Below are positions 19,775 through 29,221 of a stretch of DNA of 64,000 nt, piece after piece. The notes beneath the pieces were generated by a model. The model saw only the letters and a program-made list of their open reading frames with translations. It was not told the origin of the DNA and searched no databases. The translations under genes were made by a program, and so were the position numbers. Source of the DNA: Bacteriovoracia bacterium (GTDB taxonomy: Bacteria; Bdellovibrionota; UBA1018; CAIPTA01); contig JBFWVL010000001.1 of the NCBI GenBank assembly GCA_050246755.1, positions 1-64,000 of the forward strand, written 5' to 3'. How positions within the stretch are numbered: position 1 is the stretch's first letter; every line of letters begins with the position of its first letter.

Positions 19775-21403
19775 ATGGAAAAGCACGACGTAAAAGCTGG
19801 ATTGAGCCACGCCCCTCAGCGGCAACAAAAAGATTTGGCCGAACCAAACGAAGTATTTCGTTTGCTCGTGGACGCCGTCGAAGACTACGCCATCTTTGCG
19901 CTCGATACCAAGGGCGTCATCCTTACTTGGAACCTCGGCGCCCAACGCTTAAAAGGCTACCTGCCGCACGAAGTGATCGGCCGTCATTTTTCCGTATTTT
20001 ATCCAAAAGAAGATATCGATCGCCGTCACCCCGAGTTCGAGCTCAAAGAAGCCACTGAAAAGGGCAAGTACGAAGAAGAAGGCTGGCGCGTGCGCAAAGA
20101 CGGCAAACTCTTCTGGGCCAACGTGGTGATCACCGCCCTAAAAAATGAAGCAGGAGTGCTGCTGGGATTCGGAAAAGTTACGCGAGATCTTACCGCCAAG
20201 AAAAATGCCGAGGCCAAGCTGCGGGAAAGCGAAGAACGTTTTCGCCTAATGGTGGAAGGCATTTCCGACTACGCGATCTTTATGCTCGACCCAAAGGGGA
20301 ACGTAGCCACCTGGAATAAGGGCGCCGAACGAAATAAGGGTTACTCCGAGAGCGAGATCTTAGGAGAGCATTTTTCCAAATTTTATCCGCAGGAAGATCT
20401 CGACGTCGGCAAGCCCGGCTTCGAGCTCCGGGAAGCCATTAAATCCGGCCGCTTCGCGGATGAGGGCTGGCGGATAAAAAAAGATGGCTCTCGTTTTTGG
20501 GCCAACGTGATCATCACGCCCGTTTACGATAAAAATAATACTCTGCTGGGCTTCTCCAAGATCACCCGCGATCTCACGGAGCGAAAAAAAGCGGAGGATG
20601 CGCTTCGCAATGCCAATGCCCAGCTCGAAGTGCGCGTGGCCGAGCGCACCACCGAGCTTTCGGCCGCCATGCACCGGGCGGAAGAGGCCGTGAAGGCCCG
20701 CGACCAATTTTTCTCGATCGCTTCGCATGAGCTAAAGACTCCCCTCACTTCGCTGAAGCTCCAGGCACAGATGAGGAAGCGCCACCTTGCCAAAGGCGAC
20801 TATTCCGATTTTGCGCCCGCAAAACTTCCTAAGCTTTGCGAAGACGACGAAAAGCAGGTGAACCGACTCGCCTTCCTCGTGGATAATATGCTCGATATCT
20901 CCCGCCTCACCTCCGACAATTTCCGTCTCACCTTCTCCGAGATTAATCTCGCCGAGTTCTTCGAAGAACTGGTGCGCCGCCTCGGCCCCAGCTTAAAAGA
21001 AACGGGCACCGAAGTTTTCGTCCATTCGGCCGCGAACCTGCATGGGGTATGGGACCGGCATCGTCTAGAGCAGGTTTTCACCAATCTCCTTTCCAACGCC
21101 GCCAAGTATGCTTCTGGGAAACCGGTAGACATTACCTTTTCCACCGAGGACAAAACGGCTACGATCTCGGTGCGCGATCACGGCGAAGGGATACCGGCCG
21201 CGGCGCAACTGCGTATTTTCGAGCCCTTTGAAAGGGTCAATGCCAAATCCGACATCGTTGGTCTCGGTCTCGGCCTCTATATCGTGAAACAGATCGTGGA
21301 CGCCCATGGCGGAAGCATCACCGTAAAAAGCGCACCCGGCGAAGGCGCCGAATTCATCGTGATACTGCCGATCGATGCGGCTCGATCGGCTTCCAATAAC
21401 TAA
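19775..21403 (+). CDS. cytoplasmic PAS-PAS sensor histidine kinase
   Basis: Two DYAIF...WNxGA...FWANVxIT PAS repeats; H-box ASHELKTPL; N box and G boxes. Confidence 0.93.
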   Translation: MEKHDVKAGLSHAPQRQQKDLAEPNEVFRLLVDAVEDYAIFALDTKGVILTWNLGAQRLKGYLPHEVIGRHFSVFYPKEDIDRRHPEFELKEATEKGKYEEEGWRVRKDGKLFWANVVITALKNEAGVLLGFGKVTRDLTAKKNAEAKLRESEERFRLMVEGISDYAIFMLDPKGNVATWNKGAERNKGYSESEILGEHFSKFYPQEDLDVGKPGFELREAIKSGRFADEGWRIKKDGSRFWANVIITPVYDKNNTLLGFSKITRDLTERKKAEDALRNANAQLEVRVAERTTELSAAMHRAEEAVKARDQFFSIASHELKTPLTSLKLQAQMRKRHLAKGDYSDFAPAKLPKLCEDDEKQVNRLAFLVDNMLDISRLTSDNFRLTFSEINLAEFFEELVRRLGPSLKETGTEVFVHSAANLHGVWDRHRLEQVFTNLLSNAAKYASGKPVDITFSTEDKTATISVRDHGEGIPAAAQLRIFEPFERVNAKSDIVGLGLGLYIVKQIVDAHGGSITVKSAPGEGAEFIVILPIDAARSASNN

Positions 21404-23065
21404 TTAGTAGTTCGCCGAGGCTTCCGAACTTCCCGTGGCCTGGAAAGGGCAGCTGTTCGGGGGCAACTCCACCGAGAAGGTGGTCCCGTCTCCTAACTTA
21501 CTATGAACCCGCACCGTCCCTCCCAGCGCGGCCGTTATACCTCGCACCAGCGTCAAGCCGATCCCCCAGCCAGTTTCCTGGCAAGAGCTGGCCGATTTTC
21601 CGCGGTGAAAGAGCTCGAACAAGTGCAATTGCTCCTCCATAGAAATTTCATTTCCCTCGTTATGCACCAGCAATTCAATTTTTTCTCTACTGCCATGGAT
21701 GGTTATCGTGATGGGAGTGGCCTTGGATCCATACTTGAGCGCATTGCTGATTAAATTTTCTAAAATCCGCCGCAGCCCCTCTTCTGACCATATCCCGAAC
21801 GCTTCCTTCGGCGCGTTGAAGGCAAATCTCGGCCCGTGGGTCACGACGAAATCGGCAATCACGTCTTGGGTAATCTGGCATAAATTTACCCGGCCGAGCC
21901 TCAGCGGCAAAGGCTGTCCGGCGCGGATGCGGTTGGCGTCGAGGAGATCTTTCACCATACGGTCTACTCGATCCATAATCTTAAGAATTCGGGCAGACCT
22001 CTCCTTTACGGTCGTATTTCCGTCGCGCATCAGCATCTGGGCGGTGAGGCGCACGCCCGCCAAGGGATTGCGGAGATCGTGCGTAAGCGCGTTCACGAAT
22101 CGCTCGCGGATTTCGCGCTCTTCCCGCAACCGCTCTAAATCTACTTTCGAAAGAGCCAGCAGGCGCAGGTTTTCCGCCTCGGTATTTTTCCGTTTCGTAA
22201 TATCGAAACATAGCCCCCGGAAACAAACCGCATTATTACACCCGTCCATTTCCGCCTGCACGCTGGTTTGGAACCACATGATATTTCCGTCGGCCGCGAT
22301 CACCCGGTGCTCGGCAATTTGCTCTTTTCCCGTCTGGCGGGCTTTTTCGAAAACTTCGAACGTTAATGTGCGATCCTCCGGATGCAAATGCAGCTCGAGA
22401 AAATGCGGCTCGGCCAGCCATTTTTGCACGGGGTAGCCGAGGATCGCTTCCGCCTGCCGCGAAACGAAGATGAAGCGATGCTCCGCCGCGTCCGAGATCC
22501 AGGCGATAGCATGGCTCAGGTGATTCACCACGTCTTCATAGCGTTCCTTCAGGCTCTCGGCTTCGAGGCGGGACTGGTCGGTTTTTGCCTGCTCCAGCCG
22601 GCAGAACTCCGCATAAGTGGCGGAGAGGCTTCCCGATAGCGTATCGAGGATGCAGTCCCGGTCGGCAATACTCAGAGGCCGGATACCTTCCAAGATAGAA
22701 AAAAGAGTTTTGCGAAGAACGCGGTACTCGATGGAAATTTGTTCCACGGAGTAATGGGCCAGCCGCGCGCGGCACTTGGCGTGTTCTTGCGAAGGCAAGT
22801 TAAGACCATCTTCTTGGTATTCACAACCTTCCAGGGAAGCAGAAATGCGCTTAATCAGTTTCGGCAGCGCATTTACCAACGAAAAAGCTTCCACGTCCTG
22901 CAACGAGGGAATTTCCTGCCTTACCTGTTTTTCCCAGGCTTGTAATATTTGCTCCTGGGAAAAATTTAGTAGCTCGGCCGTTGATAATCCTGCGAGCTTT
23001 TCCTTATCTTGCGGCAGATTGAAAGCGCTTCCGCACCCTTGATCATTATCAGCTGACTTCTCCAA
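21404..23065 (-). CDS. PAS sensor histidine kinase
   Basis: HPEDR PAS fold; H-box THDLRNPL; NLISNALKY; GWGIGL. Confidence 0.9.
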   Translation of the reverse strand: MEKSADNDQGCGSAFNLPQDKEKLAGLSTAELLNFSQEQILQAWEKQVRQEIPSLQDVEAFSLVNALPKLIKRISASLEGCEYQEDGLNLPSQEHAKCRARLAHYSVEQISIEYRVLRKTLFSILEGIRPLSIADRDCILDTLSGSLSATYAEFCRLEQAKTDQSRLEAESLKERYEDVVNHLSHAIAWISDAAEHRFIFVSRQAEAILGYPVQKWLAEPHFLELHLHPEDRTLTFEVFEKARQTGKEQIAEHRVIAADGNIMWFQTSVQAEMDGCNNAVCFRGLCFDITKRKNTEAENLRLLALSKVDLERLREEREIRERFVNALTHDLRNPLAGVRLTAQMLMRDGNTTVKERSARILKIMDRVDRMVKDLLDANRIRAGQPLPLRLGRVNLCQITQDVIADFVVTHGPRFAFNAPKEAFGIWSEEGLRRILENLISNALKYGSKATPITITIHGSREKIELLVHNEGNEISMEEQLHLFELFHRGKSASSCQETGWGIGLTLVRGITAALGGTVRVHSKLGDGTTFSVELPPNSCPFQATGSSEASANY

Positions 23066-23436
23066 ATATACTCCGGCCCATCACCCGCGGCTGCTAAATA
23101 TTTTCCAGCCATTCGTTATGGCCGCCAATGCTTCCCACACCATTCGTAGAGGAAATGAAAAAGAAACTCAAGCGACAATTAAGTTTTGAATAAAGTATTT
23201 GTGATTTTGTTTTTAAATAATTTTGCTCGCTGCGTCTGAATATTCGTATCGCGAAATTTCGCCATATAGATAAAAGAATTTGGCTAAAACCAACGCACAA
23301 AAATACTTATTCCTTCGCATCATGGGCAAGAACCGAAGGTGCCCTTTGGTTACTGCGTGAACGCGCCACTAGCGCCGCTCCGCTGCATCATGCGTTCCAG
23401 GAGAAAATCACGGTTCCCGGTAAAAACGTGCCGATA

Positions 23437-23583
23437 CTATTGGGACAGAAAACCCCAAAAATTATTTTCAAAGAGCTGGTGCGCATCGGCTTTCGGAACT
23501 TTCAGCAACGAGCCTTAAATCGCGACTCCGGTGATCACGATCGTTTGCCTAGAAAATAGTTTTAACTTTAGTTTGGTATGCAT
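23437..23583 (-). pseudogene. decayed short-chain dehydrogenase/reductase remnant
   Basis: Manual translation MHTKLKLKLFSRQTIVITG|VAI*GSLLKVPKADAHQLFENNFWG; SDR N-terminus joined to the post-NNAG segment, with an internal stop. Confidence 0.6.
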
Positions 23584-23762
23584 GGGCACCCTTGCTAGTT
23601 AGTGGATTGCTTGCTCGTGGAAAAGCAATGCACATGCCATAAGCCGCCGCCGAAACAAATTGTCCGCGGCCCGAGCGTGGATAACTATCCGATTTGTATG
23701 CGGCTATTTCCCTAACCAAACCCTAATTTGGCGCTCCGCGCTGGTCTTGATAAAAGCAGCGC

Positions 23763-24224
23763 GTGGAACGAAACAAAATAAATATTCTTTTCCTCTGCGT
23801 GGCCAATTCCGCGCGCTCGCAAATGGCGGAAGGTTTGGCCAAAAGTATTTTTGGTTCCTCCGCGGAAGTGCAAAGCATGGGCTCCAAACCCTGCGGCTAC
23901 CTTCACCCCTGGGCACTCGAAGCCATGGTAGAGCTAGGGATCGATATCCGCGATCAATACTCAAAACCCATCAGCGATATTCCCGCCAGCTTTCTCTCGC
24001 AGCTCGACTACGCCATCACCCTCTGCGCCGACGAAGCCTGCCCCGCGGGCGTGAAGGCCCGGCACCACCTAACCTGGCCCTTTCCCGATCCTGCCGGTGA
24101 CCCCGAAGAAAGTAAACCGGAAGCCTTTCGCCGGATCCGGGATAAAATGGAGACGAGAATCCGCGCGCTGGCGCAGGAGATACACGCCGCGCCCAGACTA
24201 AATTTAGCTACGCTAAAGCCCTGA
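23763..24224 (+). CDS. arsC: arsenate reductase, LMW-PTP fold
   Basis: LFLCVANSARSQMAEG P-loop; ITLC...ACP; WPFPDPA. Confidence 0.88.
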   Translation: MERNKINILFLCVANSARSQMAEGLAKSIFGSSAEVQSMGSKPCGYLHPWALEAMVELGIDIRDQYSKPISDIPASFLSQLDYAITLCADEACPAGVKARHHLTWPFPDPAGDPEESKPEAFRRIRDKMETRIRALAQEIHAAPRLNLATLKP

Positions 24225-24327
24225 TTCCTTAGCGAAAACTGGCCTTGACTTCCCTTTCACCCAACGATATAACGCATCACGCAAAAACAGTTTTTATTGC
24301 GGCCATTGCCCCTTACGAGGAGATTTC

Positions 24328-24783
24328 ATGAAAGCCTTCATCCTGCTTCTTTTGATCGCGCCCGCCTGCGCCCTGGCCGGCGGCGGCGGCGGACTACACT
24401 TCGACGATAAAGTAAAAGAAGTGAAAAAGGCCGAGTGCCGCTCCGGCGCGAGCCGCCTCACCTTCTCCGACATCACCTGGTACGATCCGGAAGAAGAAGA
24501 GTTTGATAGCACGAACCTCGTGATCGAAACTCCCGGGCAGCCATCGAAAACATATTTTGTTTGGGCGCACAGCGAGCTGCAAAATATTCGCAAAACCGGG
24601 GTGATCCAATGGAAAAAAGTCGCCATGCAGGAGCCCGGCAAAAATATCGAGATTTACTTCGACGTGAACGTGAACTTCTCCACCGGAGAGGGATATCTGG
24701 AAATGGCGTCCTACCTCGGCGGACGGGAGTTTTCGGCCCCCTTCGGCGCGATGCAGCTGAGCAACTGCGTATTGGCGCGGTAG
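24328..24783 (+). CDS. hypothetical secreted protein
   Basis: GAGGAG RBS; signal peptide MKAFILLLLIAPACALA. Confidence 0.75.
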   Translation: MKAFILLLLIAPACALAGGGGGLHFDDKVKEVKKAECRSGASRLTFSDITWYDPEEEEFDSTNLVIETPGQPSKTYFVWAHSELQNIRKTGVIQWKKVAMQEPGKNIEIYFDVNVNFSTGEGYLEMASYLGGREFSAPFGAMQLSNCVLAR

Positions 24784-24798
24784 GAAAGCTCTCTTTTC

Positions 24799-25638
24799 CT
24801 ACTGCTTCAAGTGGCCATACATCGCGGCGCAGCCCGCTTTCGGCAACGCAAGCAGCGCTTTACAGTTTGGGTATTGCACGGAGGCATCATCCAGCACTTT
24901 CCGCATAAAATCCTGGATGGTGAACGTACGTCCGCGGCCGCCGAACGTATCGAGAATATCCGCAAATCTTCTTTGGCTTATACTGAGCAGAACATTTTCC
25001 TGAGAGATGGGCACCTTAACTTCGTCATAAACGTTTAGGGCCGGACGAAAGCCGGGGAACAAACGATCGTGACGTAAGGGCCCCTCGTATTCTTTTCGCA
25101 TCCGCGCTTCGTAATTTTTATAGCGTAAATCCTGCCCCAGATTTTGTACCGCAATAAGCGTCACGGCGCTCTGGCCGATGAGGCAATTGCCGTCTGGGTG
25201 GCTGCCGGGGCATCTCACCTTGCCCTCTTCGTTATTGGCCCAATCTTTCACGATGGAAGGGGAAAGCGAATAGGAGTATAGCCCGCCCTCACTGTGGATA
25301 TAATTACGGTCGTATTCGCCTTCGAATCTAGGCTTATAAGGCCGCGCAATATTACGGAACAAAATCATATTGCCTTTATCGTCGACGAGATCTTTCAGCT
25401 CGGTGCTAAACGAAAAATTCGCATACTGGTTTCCGTTACTGACGGGCCGGGAAAATCCGCGCCAAGAATAAGGCGTGGTGGGAAAGCGGTCGACGAACGC
25501 CTGCACCTGCGCACGCAACTCCGCTGAGTTCGGGCATTCGGTGGCACCCACATTTCCAGCCGTGAGCAAAAAAGCACCAAGAACGACCCTCATGAGCGGA
25601 AAGGCGTTCCTTAGACGGTTTTGCGGCGGAAAACTCAT
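24799..25638 (-). CDS. hypothetical secreted protein, possible ADP-ribosyltransferase fold
   Basis: Signal-like N-terminus (start may be 25593); LFRN / YSYSLSP...WA / YDEV pattern. Confidence 0.6.
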   Translation of the reverse strand: MSFPPQNRLRNAFPLMRVVLGAFLLTAGNVGATECPNSAELRAQVQAFVDRFPTTPYSWRGFSRPVSNGNQYANFSFSTELKDLVDDKGNMILFRNIARPYKPRFEGEYDRNYIHSEGGLYSYSLSPSIVKDWANNEEGKVRCPGSHPDGNCLIGQSAVTLIAVQNLGQDLRYKNYEARMRKEYEGPLRHDRLFPGFRPALNVYDEVKVPISQENVLLSISQRRFADILDTFGGRGRTFTIQDFMRKVLDDASVQYPNCKALLALPKAGCAAMYGHLKQ

Positions 25639-25839
25639 ATTACTGCAACCTTTATGCTTTGGTATCGACGAAATGGGCGCGTACCTTGACGGTACTGGAC
25701 AAACAAATCCTCAAAAAACCGGTTAAAGCCATATATTCTTATTTTGAATAATAATTTATTAATTATTCATTTATTGTTTCGTGCCGTCTGGTAGATATTC
25801 CGCCTCGGCTGAACACGAACCACCAACTACGAGGTATAC

Positions 25840-26063
25840 GTGAAAAACCCAATTACCACTCTCGCGGCTCTCTGCTTGCTGGCCGCCTGGTGAGCCAGAA
25901 ACGCGGCTCCTGCGATGGCGAGACCTGCAATCCCGATACGCTCACGCTTCAGGTGAAAGCCCAAACCCAGTTCGAGCGTTCCGTGCGCCTGATCGTTCAA
26001 GCCGAAGGGCCGACGCGCGGAGACGATTGGTGCCGGGTGCTCTCGCTAAGAGTAACTCGCTAG
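25840..26063 (+). pseudogene. frameshifted or internally deleted small secreted-protein gene
   Basis: GAGGT RBS + GTG gives signal peptide MKNPITTLAALCLLAAW*; protein-like continuation in another frame (LVSQKRGSCDGETCNPD...WCRVLSLRVTR*). Confidence 0.5.
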
Positions 26064-26190
26064 AGTAGCTTCGGAGATAAAAAGCACAATGCAGGCTACT
26101 TGCCAGGAAACCACTCCCGCTTGCATGGCCAGCGCGCTGCTTACCTTAAAAGCAGGAAGGTAGCCAATCAAGGTAGGAACTCGAGCCCGC

Positions 26191-26592
26191 CTATTCCAGC
26201 CGACAGGTAATCGGCAGCTCCGCGGGCTCGGTTTCTTTCGTAGACTTAAGGCTTCCGATACCTCGGTATACGCCTTGTTTTCTATCGTAAGTAGCCGTTA
26301 CCAGCACCACGTCTTTCTCGTCTTCCTCGATATCGAGCTCGCCCGCAAGGCGCAAAGAGTGATTCTTTTTAACCTTAAACTCCGCGGGGGAAAACCGGGC
26401 CGACACGCTGAATCGATTTCCCGGATCAGTCCGCCGCAAGGTAAAATCTATATTCGAAATTTCTTTAAAGTCGCTGCTGAAGAAAGCCTCCACCACCACT
26501 TCGGCATCTTCGCCGTCTCTGCCCACACAGGTGAGCTGTTCGGCACTGGCTACGGAAGAAAGAAAAAATAATCCCAAGAAAAAATATTTCAT
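26191..26592 (-). CDS. hypothetical secreted protein
   Basis: GGAG RBS; MKYFFLGLFFLSSVASA signal; terminal Cys pair. Confidence 0.8.
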   Translation of the reverse strand: MKYFFLGLFFLSSVASAEQLTCVGRDGEDAEVVVEAFFSSDFKEISNIDFTLRRTDPGNRFSVSARFSPAEFKVKKNHSLRLAGELDIEEDEKDVVLVTATYDRKQGVYRGIGSLKSTKETEPAELPITCRLE

Positions 26593-26602
26593 ACCATTCT
26601 CC

Positions 26603-27574
26603 CTATTTTTGACAAATCGTATAATCGGAACTCAAGCTGTCGTTCCTGGGATTAAATCTCTTAGTAGAAAACTCCGCGCCGAGAATAACCATTCTCCCAC
26701 GGCCATTCATGCCGCGATAAGAGGCCGAGATAATGGCCTCCGGCCCGAGCGCTACCGCGATAGGGTTTCCGAACTGCCAGTACTTACTCCGAATCAAGCT
26801 GTCGTTCTTAAACTCCCCCACTTTGAGGCCGAGACTTCCGCAAACGGACTCCGCCCTTTCCGGCTGATCCACTCCGTCCAAATTATCGTCTACCTTCACG
26901 AATAACCATTTTTCCGGGTAGCTAAAGGTCCAGAAATTTTGCAATCCCGCCCTCCCCCGAAGCGCCGCATATTCGGGCTCCTTCAGCTGAAGCAGCGCCG
27001 CCGCGCTGAGGTAAGAATTAAAGTACCGGGCACGAATCGAATTCACCTGGCCGCGCTCCAGCGTGTCGGTATAAATGATCTCGTGGAGCATCAGCGAAGC
27101 CTGGTCGCGCACCGACATGCGATTCCAGATAGTGGCGTCGATCAGGTAGAATCTCTCCTCGGGAAATTGCGGTTTACGCTGGATCGCCACCTGCCGCAGC
27201 TCGCAGTTTCTCGGAATCACGATGTGATTAGAATCGGGCACGTCCACGAGATTCGCGTCGGGCACGAAACCGGCATTCTCCCGGAAGGCATCCACTTTCT
27301 TGCCATAATTTTTGGCGGACACAGGGTCGAATTTTGCCATGCGCGCCAAAATATTTTTCGCCGTCTCCTCGGCCGTGGCTCCGGTTAAAGACTGGTCGAA
27401 CTCAAGCCCGCGCAGCACGCGCGCTTCGTAGAGATCGAGCATCTCCACGCTGCCATCGGCGCAGACCAGGGCGTCTCCGCCATTCCCGACTCCATCTCCT
27501 CCGGCCTGCAACGGCGCCAATCCCGCACGCGCCTCAAAGCTTGCTAGCAATAGTAAGCAAAAGAATAGTTTCAT
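26603..27574 (-). CDS. secreted GGxxVGNGG-motif protein
   Basis: Signal peptide then AGGDGVGNGGDALVC, LDLYE, LMLHEIIY. Confidence 0.8.
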   Translation of the reverse strand: MKLFFCLLLLASFEARAGLAPLQAGGDGVGNGGDALVCADGSVEMLDLYEARVLRGLEFDQSLTGATAEETAKNILARMAKFDPVSAKNYGKKVDAFRENAGFVPDANLVDVPDSNHIVIPRNCELRQVAIQRKPQFPEERFYLIDATIWNRMSVRDQASLMLHEIIYTDTLERGQVNSIRARYFNSYLSAAALLQLKEPEYAALRGRAGLQNFWTFSYPEKWLFVKVDDNLDGVDQPERAESVCGSLGLKVGEFKNDSLIRSKYWQFGNPIAVALGPEAIISASYRGMNGRGRMVILGAEFSTKRFNPRNDSLSSDYTICQK

Positions 27575-28338
27575 TTTTGCGCTCCTTTGGAATCTTTATT
27601 TTCTAAAATCACCGGGAACAACTGAATGCCGAGCGTATACACTTCGTCGGCGTCGCCGTTTTCGAGCAGGCCGATCAGCTCGTCCTGAAAGCGCCGGATC
27701 GCCGCCTTCGCCTTGGGCAAGTTCTTCGTGTTCACGGCCGCCGTCTTGGTAAAAAACTCCCGCCGCTCCACGGCCACATTTTCCAATGCCAGCTCCGCGC
27801 GCTTTAGGTTCTGCCGGTGGTGGTTACGGATCGCGTTCGAGGGAATATCGTTCGTGGTGCTCAAAGGCTTCGAAGTACGCCGTAAGCGCCCCCGAGACAC
27901 TTCCAGCAACTCCATCCTTACCAGCCGCTCCAAGGCCGTAGCGGCCACGATCACCGGAATCCCTAGCCGCTTCGAGATCCAGGCCGGTTCGGCCTTATTG
28001 GAAATTTTCGCCAAATTTAGGATCGCGAAATAATACCAGTCGGCGATCAAGCGAAATTCATCTTCCCTAAGCAGCCGCGGGCGGGCCTGATCGTCGCTCA
28101 CGCGGGGCGAATCCCAGCGGAGCTTCTCCACTTCCATCGGGGAAAGCCCGAGCTTTGCGGCCACCAGCTCGAGATTTTTGCGCGAGAGCTGGCGCTTGCC
28201 GGCAATCGTGAGGCTCAGCGAAGCGGGGCTCACGCTCAGATCCCGGGCCATGGCCCGCAAGGAATACCCGGGATTCGCCGCCTGGCAATCCGCCAGGTGC
28301 TGCCTCAAGATCTCGGTGATCGTTGTTTTCTCGCCCAT
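27571..28338 (-). CDS. TIGR02147/DUF4423-type XRE-like HTH regulator
   Basis: NPGYSLRAMARDLSVSPASLS, IADWYYFAIL, AIRNHHRQNL, VYTLGIQLFP. Confidence 0.85.
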   Translation of the reverse strand: MGEKTTITEILRQHLADCQAANPGYSLRAMARDLSVSPASLSLTIAGKRQLSRKNLELVAAKLGLSPMEVEKLRWDSPRVSDDQARPRLLREDEFRLIADWYYFAILNLAKISNKAEPAWISKRLGIPVIVAATALERLVRMELLEVSRGRLRRTSKPLSTTNDIPSNAIRNHHRQNLKRAELALENVAVERREFFTKTAAVNTKNLPKAKAAIRRFQDELIGLLENGDADEVYTLGIQLFPVILENKDSKGAQK

Positions 28339-28344
28339 GCAATA

Positions 28345-28410
28345 ACTATCGGGAGCGGTAAGAAATAAGTCAATGCGCTCCGAAACAAAGTGTTTCGTTT
28401 GACGCGAAAC
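28345..28410 (-). promoter_or_regulatory. sigma70-like promoter (TTGACT-17-GATAGT) with adjacent palindromic operator
   Basis: -35 at 28368-28373; -10 at 28345-28350, 6 nt before ATG; CGAAACA-aag-TGTTTCG at 28381-28397; third CGAAAC at 28405-28410. Confidence 0.55.
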
Positions 28411-28429
28411 GGGTGCGGGTGGGGAAATA

Positions 28430-28462
28430 AAAAAACTCCAAGCCTTTTGGCTTAGGTTTTTT
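28430..28462. terminator. intrinsic terminator at the island edge
   Basis: A-run, AAGCC-tttt-GGCTT hairpin, T-run. Confidence 0.6.
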
Positions 28463-28472
28463 AATTATAGCC

Positions 28473-28673
28473 TTACCGAAAAAGCCTTCTTAATCTGGTA
28501 ACGTACTGACTCAAATGCCTAAGCACATCTGGCGGCAAGTGAGCCAGCCCCTTGCTTACATGCACCATAGCGGCCTCGAGTTGTTCAATTCTTGCCTCCA
28601 ATTCGTTAATTTGACGCTTAAGCGCCCTAATTTCAGAATCGCTCACTCTAGACCCCCTTAAATTTACTAACAA
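28473..28673 (-). CDS. small coiled-coil hypothetical protein
   Basis: EIRALKRQINELEARIEQLEAAM heptads; start uncertain. Confidence 0.55.
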   Translation of the reverse strand: MLVNLRGSRVSDSEIRALKRQINELEARIEQLEAAMVHVSKGLAHLPPDVLRHLSQYVTRLRRLFR

Positions 28674-28690
28674 TGCCTAAGATCACAACC

Positions 28691-29209
28691 TTAGCGGGTG
28701 CGGAAAATTTTAAGTGAATGCGCGGTTTGATCCTGGACAAGGAAAGCCATTTGTTCGTTATTATTTGCGGCAGCGTCTATTAGTCTTCCAGATATCCCAA
28801 ATTGATTGTCATAGGGTCCCTGAACCAATACCTTATCGACGGTGTCATAAACAAACAGTCCCTTGCCTCCACCCCCTGGGTTCGGACCGCTACCTTCGTA
28901 GGTGCCCAAAAAGTATATGTTGCCTGAATCACTTAGGCGGAAGCCTCTACAAAAATCTGCAGAAGCGCCAACGGTACTCCTGAGATCTTGCTCGACGCCG
29001 TCTTTGTCAATGAACCATGGGCGCGAGCCGTGGCAAATAGCCATCTCCCCTTTGGAGTTGAGTTCAAATTCCAGGCTGCCAATAAAGTGATTTTGGAGCC
29101 AGAGCCCATTAGTGAATTCTTTTGGAGCCCTGGCGAAAGCTTGACTGATTAAGAAAATTTGCGAGATTAGGCAAAACGATACCGTAAGCAGCTTTAGCTG
29201 TAATTTCAT
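28691..29209 (-). CDS. hypothetical secreted beta-rich protein
   Basis: AGGA RBS; signal peptide ending AFA. Confidence 0.7.
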   Translation of the reverse strand: MKLQLKLLTVSFCLISQIFLISQAFARAPKEFTNGLWLQNHFIGSLEFELNSKGEMAICHGSRPWFIDKDGVEQDLRSTVGASADFCRGFRLSDSGNIYFLGTYEGSGPNPGGGGKGLFVYDTVDKVLVQGPYDNQFGISGRLIDAAANNNEQMAFLVQDQTAHSLKIFRTR

Positions 29210-29221
29210 TGGTAGTTCCTT

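Noticed and set aside
23300-23430. Possible catalase-like fragment (LLERMMQRSGASGAF)
   Set aside because: Resemblance is too weak and lacks the catalytic His; cannot be supported without a search.
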